Source of the DNA: the human T2T-CHM13v2.0 reference genome, Homo sapiens
Length of the DNA: 64,000 nucleotides
Reading direction: 5' to 3' (one strand)
Assembly (NCBI RefSeq): GCF_009914755.1
Contig: NC_060927.1
In this document: positions 42,003 to 55,898 of the stretch, one piece after another
How positions within the stretch are numbered: the stretch's first letter is position 1
Layout of the letters: each line of letters opens with the position of its first letter
Notes under the pieces: generated by a model
Databases searched by the model: none
What the model saw: the letters and a program-made list of their open reading frames with translations, nothing else
What the model was told of the DNA's origin: nothing
Program-made: the position numbers and the translations under genes

Positions 42003-42469
42003 ACTATTCTTATACCTCACTAATCCCTCCTACATCTCCTTTGTTGATTTCTCCTCTTTTTCCTAACCTCTTAACATTTCAGTGTCCCATTGCACTGTTC
42101 TTGATTCTTTTTTCTGTCTACACTGACTCTCCACCCTTAACCCTGGTAATCTAATCTTTTCTCAGGGCTTTAAAAACCATGCATATGCCTATGAGTTCCC
42201 AATTTTTATCTCCAGCCTGAACCTTTCTCCTGAGTGCTACTCACATATCCAGCTGCTAACTCAAAATCCTTTCCTGAGTGTCTCAAATTTAACATGATCA
42301 AAACTGACCTCTTGATATACTCTGTAAAGCCTGCTGCTTTGCAGTCTTTCCTACCCACATTGATGACCACTTCATATTCCAGTTGCACAGACTAAAAAGT
42401 CGTATACATCATGATATCTGTCTTTCTCTCATACCCCATATCCAATCCATTAGAAAACTGCACTGGCTT

Positions 42470-42823
<354 letters not shown>

Positions 42824-42984
42824 CTACATTAAAAAAATGCATATCTGGCAATTTCTCACTATTCCAGCCCAAGTTTCCATAATCTCTTAGCTGAATCATT
42901 TCTGTAGCCACCCACTGAGTTTCTACACATTCGCCCTTGCCTTCCCTAGAGTTTCTCTTCCAGTTTTTCAAGTACTGAGAATGA

Positions 42985-43300
42985 TTTTTTTTATTCTCAG
43001 ACAGAGTCTCACTCTGTCATCTAGGCTGGAGTGCAGTGTTGCGATCACGGCTCACTGCAGCTTTGACATCCTGGGATCAGGTGATCCTCCCACCTCAGCC
43101 TCTTGAGTAGCTGGGACTATGGGCAAGCGCCACTATGCCTGGCCAGTTTATTTTTTATTTTTTTATTTTTTGTATTATTTTGTAGAGATGGGATTTTGTC
43201 ATGTTACCCAGAATGATCTCCAACTCCTGGCCTCAAGTGATCCACATGCCTTGGCCTCCCAAAGTGCTGGGATTACAGATGTGAGCCACCACACCCAGCC
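42985..43300 (-). mobile_element. AluJ-like element
   Basis: Reverse dimeric Alu with an expanded middle A-tract. Confidence 0.88.
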
Positions 43301-43306
43301 AGGTCC

Positions 43307-43646
<340 letters not shown>

Positions 43647-45714
43647 CCAGATCCTTTCTGGGGATGTAATTCAGATCATGTTACTCCTTTGCACAGAACC
43701 CTCTGATGGCTCTCAGTTTCACTCAGAGCACAAGCCAGAGTCCTCAAGATCACCCCAACTTACCTCTCTGACCACATCTCCTGCTGCATATCCCTCCACT
43801 CAAAATCTGCTCCAGTCACCCTGGCGTCCTCATTGTTCCTCAAAAAATCCAGGCAAGCTCCTGCCTCAGAGCCTCTGTCTGGAATGCTCGTCCCCAAGAT
43901 AACTGCACAGCCTGCTCACTCACTTCATTAAAAACATATATGACATTTTCATTGTTGATTCTTTCTCTCCCCCGCCACAATGTGAGCTCTACTAGGGTAG
44001 GAATTTTCTGTTTGTTCACTGATGTATCCCAACAGTGAAGCAGAGAATGCCTGACATGCTGTGATGTTCAGTATCTGCCAAATAGATCATAAATCAGTGA
44101 ATATGAGGCCTTGCCTTCTTGTTAAGATTCAGGGCTATAACCACTGTCTCCAGGATAGCCTAAGGTAATGCAACGCATTAGTCCATGCTGTTGTGGTGCA
44201 CCTTCTGAAACCTATGCCAGTGCTGTCTTTTCCCCTAATGGGAGGAAGAAGACCTAGTTTTCTTAGGAAGTCACAGTTGGAACCACTCCATTTCCTCTTC
44301 ACCATCTGTGAGCGTGAAATCCTGCTTGGAATGAGAAGAAACTTTATTCTTCTGTTGGCTGGGAGCCCCATCTTCTTTTGGGGCCCTTTTGAGACAAGGG
44401 AGATTGGAAGGCAAAATTAAAGCTTGGTTGGGTTTTACCTGTGGTTACCAGACCATCTTCCCTAAATTAATGCCCACACTTTAAAGAAAAAACAGCCTGC
44501 ATTTAACCCCACTCCTGAAATTAGAAAGTTAGCTCTTAATCAGGAAAATACATGCAGGTAATGGCTCAGGAATAGGTTTAACAATGAATGTATTGAGAAG
44601 ATAAAACTCAGTGGAGTATAACAGTTTTATTTTCCCAATTACCACTATAAGCTATGCTCCGATAAGTCCCCTATTTCCTGTTTCTTAACACCATATTCAG
44701 CTGATTTCATAACTTTCTTGTCACCTTTGTTTAATTATGAGTCCAGTTCAATTTCTAAGTCTATTTAAAACTTTCAATTTCTAAGTCTATTTAAAACTCA
44801 TCCCCCGACCCTGTCCTTGCAGCACAGACCTGAGCAGTGACCTTTAAATGTTGGAAGCAGAGGAGGATGAAGATGCACACACCCCTATCTCTCCTCCTCT
44901 TTTAGGTACTCATCCTCTGGGGTGCTAGGAGTCAAGAAGGAGAGATGGTGCAGGCAGGGGTCATCTTACATAACTGGCCACATATGTGTGGTAGGGAGAT
45001 ATCTCTGACCAAGCTCTGTTCTGATCTGGTTCTGTTAGATGCTGGTGGCCCAAACAGATGGGGTAGTTGATGGGGTAGTTTTGCATAGGTAGTCTTCAAG
45101 GTTTCCTTGAGGGTGGTGTCAAATTCTGTCTGTTTCCCGGCCCACGACCACCCTTGGTACTGAGATCCCCTCAGAGAGAGACAATTGGATCTCTTTTTCA
45201 GCCTGGCTAGCAGTCCAGGTTCCTACCCTCCTCTCCCAATAGGGTATTACCTCACTTGGCTCATAGCTGCCCTGACAACCTTACATCTCCTCTCTCCTGC
45301 TACAGCTTCTATGTTCCTTTTCATGATGCTATAAAAATCATTGAGGTATGTTCCATACCTTCTGAGAGTCATGGTGGACTGGGATGAGGCTGTCCCAGTC
45401 TCATCATTTTCTTACATGATATGGTATATTATTGATATTTCTCACTCTGCTAACTCTTTTTTAGAAATATCCAGACAAAAAGCAAGCACTAGTCTCTGGG
45501 TTCAGAAGCATCTCTTCTGCCCCATCAGTGGACATATGTTTAGGTATCCTAACAATTCTGTTACCACTCTCTGCGATTCCAGAACAAGATTGAGATTGTG
45601 TGGCTCTGTAAGCATCCATCCAGAGGTGGAGTGATAGCCTCCACTTCTTGCAGGGACCTTCAATCTCTACAAGTGATGCCCGTGAAGCCTTCTCTCCTTC
45701 ACTTGATATTACTA

Positions 45715-46153
45715 GGTAATGTGGCAGTTGTAGGTAGATATCCACTAGGATTTGTGCTTCCCTCTCTTCCCCATGTCTCTCAGAAAGAGCTTTCCAATCA
45801 GGGCCTACAATTCCCAGCCCCTTTGCCTCCAGGTGTGCCCACATGACTGGTTCTCACCAATGGGTTGTGAGCAGAAGTGATGTGGTGCATATCCAGGTCA
45901 AAGCATTTAGGAGGCAGATGTGCTCACTTCAGGCGCTCTTGCCACTTCCAACGGCTGGTTGCAGATCATGAGGACCCAGGAAATGATGGCAAAACAATAT
46001 GATGGAAAAACTCAGAATCCCTGAATCACGTACAGAGGAAAGCCCTTGGTGGAACTACAACACCTGCTTTGAACTGTTATGTGAGAAAGAAACTATTGTG
46101 TTTGAGCCATAATGGAATTTTGGATTCACCGATTACAGCAGCTAATGTTACAC
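45715..46153. mobile_element. MLT1-type LTR
   Basis: 'ctacaattcccagcccctttgcctccaggtgtgcccacatgactggttctcaccaatggg...gtgagaaagaaactattgtgtttgagcca'. Confidence 0.65.
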
Positions 46154-48834
46154 CAAATATTACATGTGAGAAGAAAGTGCCTGTCCTCCCTGCTGGTAAA
46201 CAGAGGAAAAGCCTCTCACCATGAACACAGAACTCCCTGCAATGGGACACATCACATGTGCTTTCCCAACTTCCAGCCTTCTTGTGTAAACTGGGCTGGT
46301 GTGATGCTTGGGAGTAGTAGGGATGTTTTGTTAGCTCTTAGTATGTTCTTGGGCAGTGCATGGTGCAACCATAGATGGCACTGTTAGAAAGTAAAGATAA
46401 CTGGCCACCAATTCTAGGACAATAGAAAGCATTTCAGGAATTTTTGAAAACACGAAAACATGTTTAGAGATCCTTAGTATCATCACCACAAAGCCTTGAG
46501 GGAGTCAGAACCCCACAGATATGGACCCCTGCTTCTGTTGTTTAGAGTTGCCTCTGTTCCCTGCCACTGGCATGATAGTGTTGACACTTTATGAGGGGCA
46601 GCTGTGATGACTCCAGTGACTGAAGAAATGTCTTATGCTTTGATGCCTGGAGGAACTATTTATGGGATATCATCCAGGCCTGGCTTTGGTACCAGTGATT
46701 TAACAACTCTACAAAATGCCTCTCTCCTTTCTGCTACTGAACTAGAGTGTGGTTGGTGCCAGGACCAACAGAATGTGATTCACTGAGCCCAAGACATCAG
46801 TAGGGACATAGGAGGTACCGTCAGTTGTCAACAGGTGGTGGTCCAGATGGGTGGACCGTGGGTATCAGGGAGGTTCTGTGGGAGGCAAAGGGTGAGTGTT
46901 CCAGCAGGTGGGAGGACTGTGACATTGTTTAATTTATATAAGAAGCTTGTAAAATAAGAAATTGCAGGCTGAGGGTCAGCAGGACGTCTCTGAACTCTAG
47001 GAGGTGGGGATAAGTGGGAAAGCAAGGCAGGCTTTAGAAGAAACTGGCACAGGTTCAGGAACAAAGATGAGGACTCAGCCATTGGAACCTATAAGAAGCA
47101 CAGGAAAAGACTGCATGAAACTATTTTTGAAGTTGTGTTGGGACTGAGTCACCAAGTGACTGTGCTGGGGTTACGTAATCCTTTCTAGTGTGAGAGAGAA
47201 ATAGTGCCAGGCCCTGTCCCAGGGCTGAATCCACGCATCAAGGTTAAATGGTCCAAATTGAAAAGCTTAGAGGGCCACAGGTGCAGGGAGGCAAGCAGTC
47301 AAGTAGATTAACCCCTTACCGTGTCTGACATTCCCACTATCAGAGTTAAGCATTTAGGTTAAAACAGCATGCAAGGCCATTATTAAAATGCAAGTATTTC
47401 CCAAGAGAAGTAATTAACCTTGCCACATCTGCATATTATTAGAGTATCATTATAGCTAGTTCTGAAGGATTGAGAATTTCTTTGACCGATAAGTCCAGTA
47501 TATAATGTGTCGGTGAGAATTAACTTATTTAGCTCTTACTATGTAATACTCTATTTTTTTATTTTTTATTTTAATAAAAAAGACATGTTTATTATCAGAA
47601 TGTAGTTACTGTCATGCCTCCCTAACCTTACTTTTTTTTGTTTGATTTTGTTTTTGTTATACTTTAAGTTCTGGGATGTATGTGCAAAACGTGCAGGTTT
47701 GTTACATAGCTATACATGTGCCATGGTGGTTTGCTGCACCCATCAATCCGTCTTCTACGTTAGGTACTTCTCCTAATGCTATCCCTCCCCTTGCCCCCAA
47801 CCCCCTGACAGACCCTGGTGTGTGATGTTCCCCTCCCTGTGTCCATGTGTTCTCATTATTCAATTCCCACTTACGAGTGAGAACATGCGGTGTTTGATTT
47901 TCTGTTCCTATGTTAGTTTGCTGACAATAATGGTTTCCAGCTTCATCCATGTTCCTGCAAAGGACATGAACTCATTTTTTATGGCTGCATAGTATTCCAT
48001 GGTGAATATGTGCCACATTTTCTTTATCCAGTCTATCATTGATGGGCATTTGGGTTGGTTCCAAGTCTTTGCTATTGTGAATAGTGCTGCAATAAACATA
48101 TGTGTGCATGTGTCTTTATACTACAGTTATTTATAATCCTTTGGTTATATACCCAGTAATGGGATTGCTGGGTCGAATGGCATTTCTGGTTCTAGATCCT
48201 TGAGGAATTGTCACACTGTCTTCCACAATGGGTGAACGAATTTACACTCCCACCAACAGTGTAAAAGCGTTCCTATTTCTTCACTTCCTCTCCAGCATCT
48301 ATTGTTTCCTGACTTTTTAATGATCACCATTCTAACTGGTGTGACATGGTATCTCATTGTGGTTTTGATTTGCATTTCTCTAATGACCAGTGATGATGAA
48401 CTTTTTTTCATATGTTTGTTGGCTGTATAAATGTCTTCTTTTGAGAAGTGTCTGTTCATATCCTTTTCCCACTTTTTGATGGGGTTGTTTTTTTCTTGTA
48501 AATTTGTTTAAGTTCCTTGTAGATTCTAGATATTAACCCTTTATCAGATGGATAGATTGCAAAATTTTTTCTCATTCTGTAGGTTGCCTATTCACACTGA
48601 TGGCAGTTTCTTTTGCTATGCAGAAGCTCTTTAGTTTAATTAGATCCCATTTGTCAATTTTGGCTTTTGTTGCAATTGCTTTTGGAGTTTCAGTCATGAA
48701 GTCTTTGCGCATGGCATGCCTATGTCCTGAATGGCATTACCCAGGTTTTCTTCTAGGGTTTTTATGGTTTTATGTCTTACGTTTAAGTCTTTAATCCATC
48801 TTGAGTTAATTTTTGTGTAAGGTGTAAGAAAGGT

Positions 48835-49163
<329 letters not shown>

Positions 49164-49548
49164 TCAGTTTTCTACATATGACTAGCAAGTTTTCCCAACA
49201 CTGTTTATTAAATAGGGAATCCTTACCCATTGCTTGTTTTTGTCAGATTTGTCAAAGTTCTGATGGTTGCAGATGTGTGGTGTTATTTCTGAGGCCTCTG
49301 TTCTGTTCCATTGGTCTATATATCTGTCTTGGTACCAGTACCATGCTGTTTTGGTTACTGTAGCCTTGTAGTATAGTTAGAGGCCAGGTAACACGATGCC
49401 TCCAGCTTTGTTCTTTTTGCTTAGGATTGTCTTGGCTATACGGGCTCTTTTTTGGTTCCATATGAAATTTAAAGTAGTTTTTTCTAATTCTGTGAAGAAA
49501 GTCAATGGTAGCTTGATGGGATTCCCAATGATGGGAATAGCATTGAAT

Positions 49549-50277
49549 CTATAAATTACTTTGGGCAGTATGACCATTTTCATGATATTGATTCTTCAAA
49601 TGGAATGTTTTTCCATTTGTGTCTTCTCTTATTTCCTTGAACAATGGTTTGTAGTTCTCCTCGAAGAGGTCCTTCACCACCCTTGTAAGTTGTATTCCTA
49701 GGTATTTTATTCTCTTTGCAGCAATTGTGAATGGGAGTTCATTCATGATTTCGCTCTCTGTTTGTCTGTTATTGGTGTATAGAAATTCTTGTAATTTTTG
49801 CACGTTGATTTTGTATCCTGAGAATTTGCTGAAGTTGCTTATCAGCCTAAAGAGTTTTTGGGCTGAGACAGTGGGGTTTTCTAAATATACAATCATGTTA
49901 TCTGCAAATAGAGACAATTTGACTTCCTCTCTTTTTATTTGAATACCCTTTATTTCTTTCTCTTGCCTGATTGTCTTGGCCAGAACTTCCAACACTATGT
50001 TGAATAGGAGTGGTGAGAGAGGGCATCCTTGTCTTGTGCCAGTTTTCAAAGGGAATGCTTCCAGCTTTTGCCCATTCAGTATGATATTGGCTATGGGTTT
50101 GTCATAAATAGCTCTTATTATTTTGAGATACATTCCATCAATACCTACTTTATTGAGTGTTTTTAGCATGAAGGGGTGTTGAATTTTATCAAAGGCTTTT
50201 CTGCATCTATTGAGATAATCGTGTGGCTTTTGTCTTTGGTTCTGTTTATGTGATGGATTACGTTTACTGATTTGCAT
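49549..50277 (-). pseudogene. L1 ORF2p RT fragment, catalytically dead (FADN)
   Basis: [11 protein letters not shown] in place of FADD; flanking frameshifts. Confidence 0.88.
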
Positions 50278-52071
50278 ATGTTGAAAATGGAGCCCCTTGG
50301 ATCCCGGGGTGAAGCCGACTTGATCATGGTGGATAAGCTTTTTAATGTGCTGCTGGATTCGGTTTGCCAGTATTTTATTGAGGATTTTTGCATCGATGTT
50401 AATCAGAGATATTGGCCTGAAATTTTCTTTTTTTGTTTTGTCTCTGCCAGGTTTTGGTATCAGGATGATGCTGGCCTCATAAAATGAGTTAGGGAGGAGT
50501 CCCCCTTTTTCTATTGTTTGGAATAGTTTCAGAAGGAATGATACCAGCTCCTCTTTCTACCTCTGGTAGAATTTGGCTGTAAATCTGTCTAGTCCTGAGT
50601 TTTTTTGTTTTTTTTTGCTTGGTAGGCTATTAATTACTGCCTCAATTTCAGAACTTGTTATTGGTCTCTTCAGGGATTCAACTTCTTCCTGGTTTAGTCT
50701 TTGGAGGGTGTATGTCTCCAGGAGTTTATCCATTTATTCTAGATTTTCTAGTTTATTTGTGTAGAGGTGTTTATAGTATACTCTGTAGTTTGTATTTCTG
50801 TGAGATCAGTGGTAATATCCTCATTATCATTTTTATTTGTCTATTTGATTCTTCTCTCTTTTCTTCTTTATTAGGCTGGCTAGCAGTCTATCTATTTTGT
50901 TAATGTTTTCAAAAAACCAGCTCCTGGATTCTTTGATTTTTTTGAAGGGTTTTCTGTGTCTCTATCTTCTTCAGTTCTGCTCTGATCTTAGTTATTTCTT
51001 GTCTTCTGCTAGCTTTTGAATTTGTTTGCTCTTGCTTCTCCAGTTCTTTTAATTGTGATGTTAGGGTGTCAATTTTAGATTTTTCCTGCTTTCTCCTGTG
51101 GGAATGTAGTACTATAAATTTCCCTCTAGCACTGCTTTAGCTGTGTCCCAGAGATTCTGGTACGTTGTGTCTTTTTTCTCATTGGTTTCAAGGGACTTAT
51201 TTATTTCTGCCTTAATTTCATTATTTACCCAGTAGTCATCCAGGAGCAGGTTGTTCAATTTCCATGTAGTTGTGCAGTTTTGAGTGAATTTCTTAATCCT
51301 GAGTCTAATTTGATTGCACTGTGGCCTGAGAGACTGTTATGATTTCTGTTTTTTCACATTTGCTGAGGAATGTTTTACTTCCAATTATGTGGTCTATTTT
51401 AGAATAAGTGCGATGTGGTGCTGAGAAGAATGTTTATTCTGTTGATTTGGGGTGGAGAGTTCTGCAGATGTCTCTTAGGTCTGCTTGGTCCAGAGCTGAG
51501 TTCAAGTCCTGAATATCCTTGTTAATTTTCTCTCCTGTTGATCTCTCTAATATTGACAGTGGGGTGTTAAAGTCTCCCACTATTATTGTGTGGGAGCCTA
51601 AATCTCTTTCTAGGTCTCTAAGAACTTGCATTATGAATCTGGGTGCTCTTGTATTGGGTGCATATATGTTTAGGATAGTTAGCTCTTCTTGCTGCATTGA
51701 TCCCTTTACGATTATGTAATGCCCTTCTTTGCCTTTTTTTTTTATCTTTGTTGGTTTAAAGTCTGTTTTATCAGAGACTAGGATTGCAATCCCTGCTTTT
51801 TTTGCTTTCCATTTTCTTGGTAAATATTCCTTCATCCCTTTATTTTGAGCCTATGTGTGTCTTTGCATGTGAGATGGGTCTCCTGAATACAGCACACTGA
51901 TGTGTCTTAACTCTTTATCCAATTTGCCAGTCGGTGTCTTTTAACTGGGGCACTTAGCACATTTACATTTAAGGTTAATATTGTTATGTGTGAATTTGAT
52001 CCTGTCATTATGATGCTAGCTGGTTATTTTACCCATTAGTTGATGCAGTTTCTTTATAGTGTCGATGGTCT

Positions 52072-52961
52072 TTACATTTTGGTATGTTTTTGCCATGGCT
52101 GGGACCAGTTTTTCCTTTCCATATTTAGTGCCTTCTTCAGTAGCTCTTGTAAGGCCGGCCTGGTAGTGACAAAATCCCTCAGCATTTGCTTGTCTGTAAA
52201 GGATTTTATTTCTCCTTTGCTTATGAAGCTTAGTTTGGCTGCATATGAAATTCTGGGTTGAAAATTCTTTTCTTTAAGAATGTTAAATATTGACCCCCAC
52301 TCTCTTCTGGCTTGTAGAGTTTCTTCAGAGAGATCCACTGTTAGTCTGATGGGCTTCCCTTTGTGGGTGACCCGACCTTTTTCTCTGGCTGCCCTTAACA
52401 TTTTTTCCTTCATTTCAACCTTGGTAAATCTGACGATTATGTGTTTTGGGGTTGCTCTTATCGAGGAATATCTTTGTGGTGTTCTCTGTATTTCCTGAAT
52501 TTGAATGTTAGCCTGTCTTGCTAGGTTGGGGAAGTTCTGCTGGATAATATCCCGAAGTGTGTTTTCCAACTTGGTTCCATTCTCCCCATCACATTCAGGT
52601 ACACCAATCAAACGTAGGTTTGGTCTTTTCACATAGTCCCATATTTCTTGGAGGCTTTGTTCATTCCTTTTCATTCTTTTTTTTCTCTAATCTTGTCTTT
52701 ATTTCATTAAGTTGATCTTTATTTCATTAAGTTGATCTTCTCTGATATCCTTTCTTCTGCTTGATTGATTTGGCTATTGATACTTGTGTATGCTTCATGA
52801 AGTTCTTGTGCTGTGTTTTTCAGCACCATCAGGTCATTTATGTTCTTCTCTAAACTGGTTATTCTATTTAGCAGTTCCTGTAACCTTTTATCAAGGTTCT
52901 TAGCTTCTTTGCATTGGGTTAGAACACGCTCCTTAGATCGGAGGAGTTTGTTATTACCCAC
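52072..52961 (-). pseudogene. L1 ORF1p, frameshifted
   Basis: EQSLQEIWDYVKRPNLRLIGVPE...LQARREWG...RPALQELLK. The coiled-coil part lies in a separate ORF, broken at a 20-bp tandem duplication/deletion near 52700. Confidence 0.9.
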
Positions 52962-54380
52962 CTTCTGAAACCTACTTCTGTCATTTCATCAAGCTCATTT
53001 TCCATCCAGTTTTGTTCCCTTGCTGGTGAGGAGTTGTGATCCTTTGGAGGAGAAGAGGCATTCTGGTTTTTGGAATTTTCAGCCTTTTTGTGCTAGTTTT
53101 GCCTCATCTTTGTGGATTATCTACCTATAGTCTTTGATTTTGGTGACCTTCAGATGGGGTTTTTGCGTGGGCATGCTTTTTGTTGATGTTGATGCTAATG
53201 CTTTCTGTTTGTTAGTTTTCTTTGTAACAGTCAGGTCCCTCTTCTGCAGGTCTGCTGGAGTTTGCTGGAGGTCCACTCCAGACCTGTTTGCCTGGGTATC
53301 ACCAGCAGAGGCTGCAGAACAGCAAAGATTGCTGCCTGCTCCTTCCTCTGGAAGCTTCGTCCCAGAGGGGCACCTGCCAGATGCCAGCTGGAGCTCTCTT
53401 GTATGAAGTGTCCGTCAACTCCTGCTGGGAGGTGTCTTCCAGTCAGGAAGCACGGGGATCAGGGACCCACTTGAGGAGGCAGTCTGTCCCTTAGCAGAGC
53501 TTGAGCACTGTGCTGGGAGATCCGCTGCTCTCTTCAGAACTGGCAGGCAGGAACCTTTAAGCCTGCTGAAGCTGTTCTCCCAGCCGCCCCTTTCCCCAGG
53601 TGCTCTGTCCCAGGGAGATGGGAGATTTATCTATATGTCCCTGACTGGGGCTACTGCCTTCCTTTCAGAGATGCCCTTCCCACAGAAGAGGAATCTAGTG
53701 AGGCAGTCTGGCTACAGTAGCTTTGTCATGCTGTCGTGGGTTCCGCACCCAGTCTGAACTTCCTGGTGGCTTTGTTTACACTGTGAGGGGAAAGCCGCCT
53801 ACTCAAGCCTCCGTAATGGTGGATGCTCCTCCCCCTACCAAGCTCCAGCATCTCAGTTTGATTTCAGATTACTGTGCAGGCAGTGAGCATTTCAAGCCAG
53901 TTGATCTTAGCTTGCTGGGCTCCATGGTGGTGGGATCCACTGAGCAAGATCACTCGGCTCCCTGGCTTCAGCCCTCTTTCCAGGGGAGTGAACGGTTCTG
54001 TCTCACTGGCATTCCTGGCACCACTGGGGTATGAAAAAAGAACTCCTGCAGCTAGCTTGGTGTCTGCCCAAACGGCTGCCCAGTTTTGTGCTTGAAACCC
54101 AGGGCCCTGGTGGTGTAGGTGCCAGAGAGAATCTTCTGGTCTACAGGTTGAGAAGACTGTGGGAAAAGCATAGTATCTGGGCCAGATAGCACCATCCCTC
54201 ATGGCACAGTCCCTCACTGCTTCCCCTGGCTAGGGGAACATAATACTCTATTTTAAACCTGTATTTTATTTAATCATCCTATCATCATCTCCAGGTGTAC
54301 ATCATCATTTTTACATCACAGTAATTTGCCACAGGACACAGAGTAAGTGGCTGTAGTAAGTTGTATTATTGCTCAATCTA

Positions 54381-55025
<645 letters not shown>

Positions 55026-55719
55026 TAGCAAAGACAGGATTCTGACTCCAAAGCCCATGACTTTTCCTTCATAACACTCTACCTTCCAGTGGGAAAGACA
55101 CAGAGGCTTAAACACTGTTTGTGCAGCATGTGGCATCTCCTCCCTCCTTTTACATATGCTAGTGAGAGCTTACGAAAGTGTCAGGAGAGTACAGTCAGCC
55201 CAGAGGACTTCTGTCTAACCATGAATGCTGGGTTCATGTAAACTGCACAGCAGATCTGACTCCCCAGGGTTCGTGTCAGCCTCTCCCTTCTTAGAAGCAC
55301 TGAAGCAGGGGAGGGAGGGGCACAGTGATGACAGTGATGAGTTCCATATGTCTCAAGTGCTTTCCAGATGCGCCCTCTGGCTCAGCTTAGTGGGAGCTGG
55401 TGCCATCTGGTAGACAAGCACGGAGACTGTGAGTAGGGGGCCAGCCTTCCAGATCCAGTGTCCTCCCCACCTCGGGAGTAACTGGGAAGTCCCTGATCCC
55501 AGATAGGAAGTGGATACTTCCCTGTAGGAAGAGGAAAGGTCCAAGAGCCCCTCGTTCAAAACCAGATAGGTGTTCTTTGAGTGAAAAGCAAGCTGGACCT
55601 TGAGGCCAAATAAAATTTTGCTATTTAGAATGACTGGTTAAGTTGGAAAAACAAACAAGCAAATAAACCTCTGCAAGAAGGTAAATTAATCTAAAAAGTG
55701 GTCTAATCTTTCTTTTGTT

Positions 55720-55898
55720 AAAAAAAAAAAAAGATAGCCAGGCATGGTGGCAGGCACCTGTAATCTCAGCTACTCAGGAGACTGAGGCAGGAAAATCGCT
55801 TGAACCTGGGAGGTGGAGGTTGCAGTGAGCTGAGATCACACCACTGCACTCCAGCCTGGGCTACAGAGCAAAACTCTGTAAAAACAAACAAAAAAAAA
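55720..55898 (+). mobile_element. 5'-truncated Alu (right arm only)
   Basis: A-tract followed by tagccaggcatggtggc...cagagcaaaactctgt and an A-rich tail. Confidence 0.85.
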
